DNA of 63,553 nt, counting the filler. It is 5 parts of 5 records of this genome, joined end to end, with 100 filler letters (N's around TTAATTAATTAA, not from the genome) between each part and the next. Parts side by side here need not be neighbours in the genome. Positions count along the whole stretch, not along the records: positions 56,505 to 63,553 come from SRR20825006_3093; 4 more parts are not named here. One strand, written 5' to 3'. The notes under the pieces were generated by a model. The model ran no database searches, was not told the origin of the DNA, and was given only the letters and a program-made list of their open reading frames with translations. Made by a program: the position numbers and the translations under genes. Positions 56,782 to 63,553 of this stretch are shown one piece after another (position 1 is the first letter of the stretch; each line of letters opens with the position of its first letter).

Positions 56782-58638
56782 ATGAAAATTCAAAATTACG
56801 TTACCCTTATTTTAGTATGCTTTGCGTGCTTTCAAATTAGCTGCGCACAAGATAGCGCACAACCAGTTTATGATGTTTCTGCACATTACAACAAGCAAGA
56901 GGTAGATATACCTATGCGCGATGGTGTAACACTGCATACCACAATTTATTCTCCAAAGGATACCTCTAAAAAGTATCCAATGATTATGCAACGTACTCCA
57001 TACAGTTCAAGACCTTATGGTGAAGGCCAATTTAAATCTAAAATTGGACCAAACGAATATATGATGAAAGATGGTTACATAGTTGTATACCAAGATGTGC
57101 GTGGTCGTTGGATGAGTGAAGGAGATTATGATAATATGCGTGCTTATATACCTAATAAGAAAAAAGGTCAAGTAGACGAATCAAGTGATACCTATGATAC
57201 GATTGATTGGTTAGTTAAAAATGTAGACAATAATAACGGGAATGTAGGAACTTGGGGAATTTCTTATCCAGGCTTTTATGCTACATATTCATTGTTAGAC
57301 TCGCATCCAGCTTTAAAAGCGGTTTCTCCTCAAGCCTGTATAGGTGATTTCTTTTTTGATGATTTTCATCATAACGGTGCTTATTTATTAAGTTACTGGA
57401 GAGCAACAGCTGTATTCGGATACCAGACAGAACCTACTACAGAGTCTTGGTATGATTTCCCACAACTAGATACCCAAGATCAATATCAGTTCTTTTTAGA
57501 TAACGGTCCACTAAGTAATTTAGATGAGTACTATAAAGAAGATAATGAGTTCTGGACACAGTTAAAAGAACATCCTAATTATGATGAGTTCTGGAAATCT
57601 CGTGGTATCATACAGCACTTAAAAGATATTAAACCAGCTGTAATGACAGTAGGTGGTTTGTTTGATGCAGAAGATCTTTATGGTCCTTATGAAACCTATA
57701 AAAATATTGAAGCCAAGAGTGATAACTTCAACATAATGGTTTTCGGACCTTGGAGTCATGGTGATTGGGCGCGTAACAAAGAACGCCAAGCAATAGGTAA
57801 TGTATATTTTGGAGATAATATTTCAGACTACTACCAAAAAGATTTAGAAACACCATTCTTTGAGCACTTCCTTAAGAATGATGGTAAAGGCGACGTAAAT
57901 TTAAGTGAAGCGAGAATATATGATTCTGGAACTAAAGAATGGAAATCTTATGATTCTTGGCCTCCAGAAAATACTACTAAAAAAACAATGTATTTAGGCA
58001 GCTCGCAAAAGTTAAACAGCTTGCCAGAAGCAACTCAGGAAACTAAGTTTATTAGTGATGTAAATAAGCCAGTACCATATTCTGAAGATATTAAAATGGT
58101 ATTTACACCTAGAAAATATATGACAGATGATCAGCGCTTTGCAGCGCGAAGACCAGATGTCTTGGTATTTGAAACACCAGTAATGACAGAAGATATGACA
58201 CTTGCAGGAGATATTTTAGCTAAGCTACAAGTGGCAACAACAGGTACTGCTGCAGATTGGGTTGTAAAAGTTATAGATGTTTATCCGGCAGATGCTAAGG
58301 ATACAGAAGAAACACAAGACCACCTTAAGATGAGTAATTACCATATGATGGTTAGAAGTGAAGTGTTAAGAGGTAGGTTTAGAAACAGTTTTGAGCAACC
58401 GGAACCGTTTGTGCCAAACCAAAAAACTCCAGTTACTATAAAGCTACAAGATGTACACCATACCATAAAGAAAGGTCATAAACTACAAATACAGGTACAG
58501 AGCACATGGTTCCCTTATATTGACTTAAATCCGCAGACTTACGTAGACAATATTTTTGAGGCAAAAGCTTCAGACTTTAAGACACAAACACATTCTGTTT
58601 TTGGAGATAGTGCAATTGAGTTTTCAATATTAAATTAA
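56782..58638 (+). CDS. CocE/NonD family serine hydrolase (S15/alpha-amino acid ester hydrolase-like)
   Basis: MRDGV.L.T, RTPY, QDVRGR..SEG, GISYPGFY nucleophile motif, GPWSHG, QSTWFP..D.NPQ. Confidence 0.92.
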   Translation: MKIQNYVTLILVCFACFQISCAQDSAQPVYDVSAHYNKQEVDIPMRDGVTLHTTIYSPKDTSKKYPMIMQRTPYSSRPYGEGQFKSKIGPNEYMMKDGYIVVYQDVRGRWMSEGDYDNMRAYIPNKKKGQVDESSDTYDTIDWLVKNVDNNNGNVGTWGISYPGFYATYSLLDSHPALKAVSPQACIGDFFFDDFHHNGAYLLSYWRATAVFGYQTEPTTESWYDFPQLDTQDQYQFFLDNGPLSNLDEYYKEDNEFWTQLKEHPNYDEFWKSRGIIQHLKDIKPAVMTVGGLFDAEDLYGPYETYKNIEAKSDNFNIMVFGPWSHGDWARNKERQAIGNVYFGDNISDYYQKDLETPFFEHFLKNDGKGDVNLSEARIYDSGTKEWKSYDSWPPENTTKKTMYLGSSQKLNSLPEATQETKFISDVNKPVPYSEDIKMVFTPRKYMTDDQRFAARRPDVLVFETPVMTEDMTLAGDILAKLQVATTGTAADWVVKVIDVYPADAKDTEETQDHLKMSNYHMMVRSEVLRGRFRNSFEQPEPFVPNQKTPVTIKLQDVHHTIKKGHKLQIQVQSTWFPYIDLNPQTYVDNIFEAKASDFKTQTHSVFGDSAIEFSILN

Positions 58639-58641
58639 TTT

Positions 58642-60450
58642 ATGAATAAATATATAATAGGCGCAACGCTAGTCGTTGCGCTTTTCTCTTGCAAACAAAA
58701 TTCAGAACCTATTTCTGAAGAAACAATAGCAACAGAAAGTAAAAAGGCAAATGATTTTTTTGAAGCCTCATTTAAAGAAGATGTTTCAATTAGCCCTATG
58801 CTTCAAACACAATTAGGAGTAAAAACTAATTATGGAGAATGGGATGATTTTTCTAACCAAGCAGAAGCAAAAGAACTTGAGAGAGCAAAAAACAGGTTGG
58901 CTTATTTAAATGACAGCCTAAATGTAAACGCTTTAAATAAGGAAACTGCACTTAGCTACACATTATACAAACAAGATTTAGAGCATACTATTGAAGATTA
59001 TGCGTTTAGATTATACAATTATCCTGTTAATCAAATGCACGGTATGCATGCCGAAATTCCTGCATTCCTTATCAATATGCATAGTATAAACTCTGTTGAA
59101 GATGCAGAGGCTTATATTTCTAGGTTAAAAGGTTTAGAAAAAGTATATGCAGACGTTTCTGAAAATTTGAGCATTCGTGAAACTAATGGAATAATGCCTC
59201 CAAAGTTTGTTTTTGAGAAAGTTATAGGAGATAGTAAGAATCTAATTAAAGGAAGACCTTTTGAAAAGAGTAACGAAGTAAGTGCGTTAATGGAAGATTT
59301 TACGACCAAAGTAAATACACTTTCAATACCTAAGGATGAAAAAGAGGACTTATTAAATAAAGCAGAAAAAGCACTTACAGAACAAGTAAGACCAGCTTTT
59401 GAGGGTTTAATTTCTACAATGCAGGACCAACAACAAAGAGCTACAGTTGAAAATGGTGTATGGAAATTCCCTAAAGGAGATCAATTTTATAATTTAGCAC
59501 TTAAAAGAACTACCACTACTAGTCTCACAGCAAATGAAATACATGAGATTGGATTAAATGAAGTTGCTCGTATACACAAGGAAATGGAGCAAATTATGCA
59601 AGATGTAGGTTTTAACGGTACATTGCAGGACTTCTTTAAATTTATGCGTGAAGATGAAAAGTTTTACTATAAAAATACGGTAGAAGATAAGCAAGCTTAT
59701 AAAGATAAGGCTACAGCAATCATCAATACCATGAAAGGTACCTTAGATAAATTGTTTAATACAAAGCCAAAAGCAGAACTCGTAGTAAAGGCAGTGGAGC
59801 CATTTAGAGAAAAAAGTGCAGGTAAAGCCTTTTACCAACAGCCAGCAATAGATGGATCTAGACCTGGCACTTATTATGTTAACCTTTATGATATGAGTGC
59901 TATGCCTACCTACCAAATGGAAGCTTTAGCATACCACGAAGGCATACCTGGTCACCACATGCAAATTGCAATATCTCAAGAACTAGAAAACATACCAGCT
60001 TTTAGAAAGCATAGTTTTTACACAGCTTATGTAGAAGGTTGGGCATTATATTCAGAATATATACCCAAAGAAGTAGGGTATTATAAAGATCCTTATTCAG
60101 ATTTTGGTCGTTTAGCCATGGAATTGTGGCGCTCTTGCCGTTTAGTTGTAGATACGGGTATACACGCTAAGAAATGGACACGTGAAGAAGGTATTGAGTA
60201 TTATAAAAAGAATACACCAAATGCAGAAAGCGACTGTATAAAAATGGTTGAACGTCATATAGTAATGCCTGGCCAAGCAACCGCTTACAAAGTTGGAATG
60301 AATAAAATATTAGAATTAAGGAACTTATCTGAGGAAAAGCTAGGAAGCAATTTTGATATTAAAGAGTTTCATGATATTATACTTAAAGACGGTGCATTAC
60401 CGTTAGATATTCTAACTCAAAAAGTAGAAGCTTGGATAGCCAGCAAATAA
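58642..60450 (+). CDS. DUF885 family lipoprotein (metallopeptidase-like)
   Basis: Lipobox LFSC; HEGIPGHH.Q, EGWALYSE, RLVVDTGIH and PGQA.AYK.G motifs. Confidence 0.92.
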   Translation: MNKYIIGATLVVALFSCKQNSEPISEETIATESKKANDFFEASFKEDVSISPMLQTQLGVKTNYGEWDDFSNQAEAKELERAKNRLAYLNDSLNVNALNKETALSYTLYKQDLEHTIEDYAFRLYNYPVNQMHGMHAEIPAFLINMHSINSVEDAEAYISRLKGLEKVYADVSENLSIRETNGIMPPKFVFEKVIGDSKNLIKGRPFEKSNEVSALMEDFTTKVNTLSIPKDEKEDLLNKAEKALTEQVRPAFEGLISTMQDQQQRATVENGVWKFPKGDQFYNLALKRTTTTSLTANEIHEIGLNEVARIHKEMEQIMQDVGFNGTLQDFFKFMREDEKFYYKNTVEDKQAYKDKATAIINTMKGTLDKLFNTKPKAELVVKAVEPFREKSAGKAFYQQPAIDGSRPGTYYVNLYDMSAMPTYQMEALAYHEGIPGHHMQIAISQELENIPAFRKHSFYTAYVEGWALYSEYIPKEVGYYKDPYSDFGRLAMELWRSCRLVVDTGIHAKKWTREEGIEYYKKNTPNAESDCIKMVERHIVMPGQATAYKVGMNKILELRNLSEEKLGSNFDIKEFHDIILKDGALPLDILTQKVEAWIASK

Positions 60451-60452
60451 AT

Positions 60453-60495
60453 AGCCATACCAATTGTATGGTTCAACCATACATATGATAGGGTT
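60453..60495. promoter_or_regulatory. Array of alternating CCATAC/GTATGG half-sites; candidate response-regulator operator
   Basis: CCATAC(60455)-caatt-GTATGGTT-c-AACCATAC (perfect 17-bp palindrome 60466-60482), then degenerate ATAGGGTT at 60488; 22-bp period. Confidence 0.65.
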
Positions 60496-60502
60496 TAAAA
60501 TG

Positions 60503-60532
60503 TTGGTATGTAACAGTTTGTATATATTTTTG
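60503..60532 (+). promoter_or_regulatory. Bacteroidota sigmaA promoter (-33/-7) for the peptide gene
   Basis: TTG(60503-05)-N19-TATTTTTG(60525-32), matching TTG-N19..21-TAnnTTTG. Confidence 0.7.
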
Positions 60533-60615
60533 TAGTGTAAGATTTAAAATAAGAATCTTATTTAGTTAATTTGATTACAATTTAATACAATATAACTCTA
60601 ACAAATATCATTATT

Positions 60616-60762
60616 ATGAAAAAATTAATTTACACTTTCGCTCTTACAGTATTCGCATTCTCATTCGCAGCTTGTGAAGCAGATGAATTACCACAAGACG
60701 TTGACAACGGTGTAGGAGATCAGGTACAAGTACCTGCAGACAGAGAAGATGAAGGACTATAA
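60616..60762 (+). CDS. 48-aa lipopeptide (below the ORF-track cutoff)
   Basis: MKKLIYTFALTVFAFSFAA-C-EADELPQDVDNGVGDQVQVPADREDEGL; basic n-region, hydrophobic h-region, lipobox FAAC (Cys20), acidic mature part; flanked by a promoter and a terminator. Confidence 0.85.
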   Translation: MKKLIYTFALTVFAFSFAACEADELPQDVDNGVGDQVQVPADREDEGL

Positions 60763-60784
60763 TAGTTTTTACATTTAAAAAAAT

Positions 60785-60819
60785 AAAAAAGCCTTTGAAT
60801 AATTTTCAAAGGCTTTTTT
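60785..60819 (+). terminator. Intrinsic terminator between the peptide gene and the kinase
   Basis: AAAAAAGCCTTTGAA-taatt-TTCAAAGGCTTTTTT. Confidence 0.88.
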
Positions 60820-60847
60820 ATTGGTTTTAGATATATTTGAACTCTGT

Positions 60848-62890
60848 ATGAAATATAAATATTACATATATCTAATTTTATTCTTTTTACTCTCTTGTTC
60901 TGAGGGATTTGATTTTCATGAAAAGAATTTAGCAGTAAATGATAGCCTTAAATTTTATATTGATGAATACAAAAGACAAGATTTAACTGACCAACAGAAA
61001 AACAATATACTGTTAAAAGCTTTTAAATTTGCTGAACAAATAAATTCAGATTCATTAAAAAATAATTACTACAAAAGAATTTCATATCAGTTTTATAAAT
61101 TAGGTGATACTTCCAACTTTTTAAATGTAAACAATAAAGGGGTTGAGCTTTCTGAAAAAATAAATGATTCCACAACGCTAGCAATTTTATTATGGGATGC
61201 TGCAACTTATTATAGAGATAAACAACTCAAAAACAAAGAAGCTTACGAACGTTATTTTAAAGCCAAATCTATATTCGAAGATTTAGGGAATGATTATAAT
61301 GCTGCTAAAATGTTACTTAACATGGCAATCATTCAAACTAATGTAAGGGATTACATAGGTAGTGAGAATACAACGATTACAGCCATAAATAAATTTGAAC
61401 CTTTAGGAAAGCAACAGTATTTATATAGCTGTTATAACAATATTGGTATCATTAATAATGAGTTGGAAGAATATCAAGATGCCTTATACTATCACCGCAA
61501 AGCTTTAAAAACATTAGATAGGTTTGAAAGTGATCCTACTTTAAAGGCTGTGTCTCTTAATAATATTGGTGTTGTTTATAAAAATAAGGGTAGTTATGAT
61601 GATGCAATTACATCATTTAATCAAGCCTTAACAGTTGATAGCTTATTCTATAAAAATACGATTCTTTACTCTGCGCTATTAGATAATATTGCCTTCTCTA
61701 ACTTTAAGAGCGGTAATAATGCAGAGATCCCATACCTTTTTTACAAAGCAAAACAAATAAGAGATAGTATAAAGTTTGATCCTGGTATGATAGAAAGCAG
61801 GTTAAATTTATCTGATTACTTTTTGGGAGAAGGAAATTATGATAAGGCGTTAAGTTATGCCAAGGAAGCAAAAAAACTTTCAGAAGAATCAAACTATACA
61901 GATGATATACTAGCATCCTTACTCAAGTTGTCTAAATTAGATACGCTTAATGCTAGAGCTTATGCAAATAGGTACATAGTTTTATCAGACAGTTTGCAAG
62001 CTCAAGAACGTTTAATGCAAAATAAATTTGCTAGAATTAGATATGAGACAGATGAGTATATAGATAAGAACAATGCGTTAAGCGAGCGAGTTAGAAATAT
62101 TACTATAAGCTTATTAATTGCATTAGTGGTTTTTGGGTTACTATTCGTTATAAAGAGTCAATTATCTAAAAACAATCAACTTAAGTTAGAACGTGAACAA
62201 CAGTTAGCAAATGAGCAGATTTATAATTTAATGATAGATCAGCAAAATAAAATTTCTGAAGGAAGAAAACGTGAAAAACAGAGAATTTCTAAAGAACTCC
62301 ATGATGGTGTTTTAGGAAGTTTATTTGGTACTCGTTTAAGCTTAGGGAGTTTAAATACAAAGCATGATGAAAGTGCAATTAATAACAGGCAAAACTATAT
62401 AGATAGGTTAAAGGAAATAGAAGAGGAGATACGAAGTATTTCTCATAACCTACAAAGTAAGGTGTTAAAAGAGGAACAGGTTTTTACTTCTTTAATTGAA
62501 GAGCTTTTGGAAATACAATCAAAAGCCGGAAACTTTAATTATGCTATACAAACTCAAACCGATTTGGATTGGGATATGATAGATGGTAAGGTTAAAATTA
62601 ACATTTACAGAATACTACAGGAAGCCATACAGAACATAAATAAATATGCAGATGCTACCGAAGTTTTGCTTACCTTTAATGCCAATCAAAATCACATTAA
62701 AGTTACTATTGAGGATGATGGTGTAGGTTTTAATGTTCAGAAAAAATCACAAGGAATTGGTTTGTCAAATATGACATCAAGAGTTAAGGATTTGCAGGGA
62801 ACAATAAAAATCACTTCAGAACTTTCTAAAGGAACTTTAATAGAGGTTACAGTCCCTAAAACCAATTATTTTGACAAAAAAACGGCTTAA
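60848..62890 (+). CDS. TPR-repeat sensor histidine kinase (HisKA_3 type)
   Basis: N-terminal signal ending LLSC, several TPRs (YNNIG...Y..AL.Y..KAL; LNNIG.VY...G.Y..A...F.QAL), one TM, RISKELHDG H-box, YRILQEA..N..KYA, DDGVGF, GIGL. Confidence 0.93.
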   Translation: MKYKYYIYLILFFLLSCSEGFDFHEKNLAVNDSLKFYIDEYKRQDLTDQQKNNILLKAFKFAEQINSDSLKNNYYKRISYQFYKLGDTSNFLNVNNKGVELSEKINDSTTLAILLWDAATYYRDKQLKNKEAYERYFKAKSIFEDLGNDYNAAKMLLNMAIIQTNVRDYIGSENTTITAINKFEPLGKQQYLYSCYNNIGIINNELEEYQDALYYHRKALKTLDRFESDPTLKAVSLNNIGVVYKNKGSYDDAITSFNQALTVDSLFYKNTILYSALLDNIAFSNFKSGNNAEIPYLFYKAKQIRDSIKFDPGMIESRLNLSDYFLGEGNYDKALSYAKEAKKLSEESNYTDDILASLLKLSKLDTLNARAYANRYIVLSDSLQAQERLMQNKFARIRYETDEYIDKNNALSERVRNITISLLIALVVFGLLFVIKSQLSKNNQLKLEREQQLANEQIYNLMIDQQNKISEGRKREKQRISKELHDGVLGSLFGTRLSLGSLNTKHDESAINNRQNYIDRLKEIEEEIRSISHNLQSKVLKEEQVFTSLIEELLEIQSKAGNFNYAIQTQTDLDWDMIDGKVKINIYRILQEAIQNINKYADATEVLLTFNANQNHIKVTIEDDGVGFNVQKKSQGIGLSNMTSRVKDLQGTIKITSELSKGTLIEVTVPKTNYFDKKTA

Positions 62891-63545
62891 ACTCCTTATT
62901 GTAGATGATCATCCTATGATTATCGAGGGCTATAAGAATGCTCTCCAAGATATGTCATCAGATGATTATGAACTTATCATAGAATCTGCTCAAGATTGTG
63001 ATGAAGGTATGGAGAAGATTCAAAACTCTACAACCGGCACACCATACGATATTATATTTTTAGATATACAGCTGCCTCCATCTAAAGATGGCAGAATATT
63101 ATCTGGCGAAGATTTAGGATTACGAGCAAACAGGTTATCACCGTCTTCTAAGCTTGTGTTCTTAACTATGTTTAATGATAATTACCGTATTCATAGTATT
63201 CTTAAAAATGTGAACCCAGACGGCTTCTTAGTAAAGAGTGATGTAAACTCATCTGAGTTGGTAAAGGCTTTTGATACAATAAATAACGATCCTCCATATT
63301 ATAGTAAATCTGTTAAGCAGTTTATAAGAAATGACATGACAAATAGAAATGTTATAGATGAGCTGGATAGAAAAATATTATTTCATCTTTCTAAAGGTGT
63401 TCAAACAAAAGACTTACCAGAATATGTTTCACTTTCTATTAATGCAATAGAAAAGCGAAAGAAATCTTTACGAAAACTGTTTGATATTAGCACAAGAAAC
63501 GATGTTTCTCTTATCCAAAAAGCTAAAGAACAGGGTTTTCTTTAA
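62871..63545 (+). CDS. NarL/LuxR-type response regulator
   Basis: IVDDHP, FLDI (phospho-Asp), FLVK, C-terminal HTH (LSKG.QTK.....SLS..AIEKRK); overlaps the kinase stop. Confidence 0.92.
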   Translation: MTKKRLKLLIVDDHPMIIEGYKNALQDMSSDDYELIIESAQDCDEGMEKIQNSTTGTPYDIIFLDIQLPPSKDGRILSGEDLGLRANRLSPSSKLVFLTMFNDNYRIHSILKNVNPDGFLVKSDVNSSELVKAFDTINNDPPYYSKSVKQFIRNDMTNRNVIDELDRKILFHLSKGVQTKDLPEYVSLSINAIEKRKKSLRKLFDISTRNDVSLIQKAKEQGFL

Positions 63546-63553
63546 AATTTTAA

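Noticed and set aside
1-63553. CRISPR arrays, rRNA, canonical tRNA genes, IS/integrase/prophage genes
   Set aside because: None were seen: no regularly spaced direct repeats, and no transposase, integrase or phage structural motifs in the translations.

Overview
The window is not one locus. It is five unrelated genomic fragments joined by four identical 100-nt artificial spacers (N44-TTAATTAATTAA-N44 at 17102-17201, 34584-34683, 41283-41382, 56405-56504). Taxonomic labels below are inferred from gene content and base composition. (1) 1-17101, GC-rich alphaproteobacterium, Hyphomonadaceae-like: panD with a NadQ-type operator, lgt/ubiK/proC, and sciP followed by a reduced fliF-fliG-fliH-fliN-flhF-flhG cluster and ctrA. 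(2) 17202-34583, GC-rich Myxococcota/Bradymonadales-like: a BlaI/M56-czcCBA operon with tandem operators, a lipid head-group gene pair, an unannotated circularly permuted tRNA-Glu-like RNA (YrlA-type Y RNA) with no Ro60 gene nearby, a Macro-SIR2 fusion, a Pol-beta nucleotidyltransferase and DUF4132. (3) 34684-41282, Thalassospira-like amino-acid catabolic genes. (4) 41383-56404, marine gammaproteobacterium: aceK, RND pump, dtd, pip, typA, thiI and the sigma54/NtrC glnA promoter. (5) 56505-63553, AT-rich Flavobacteriaceae: two hydrolases, then an unannotated 48-aa lipopeptide gene with its own promoter, palindromic operator array and terminator, directly upstream of a TPR-sensor histidine kinase and a NarL-type regulator. 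The best candidates for something new are this peptide/TPR-kinase/regulator cassette (a possible Bacteroidota peptide-signalling loop), the orphan permuted tRNA-like RNA, the Macro-SIR2 fusion and the miniaturised flagellar switch operon. All calls come from motif recognition by eye; no database searches were run.
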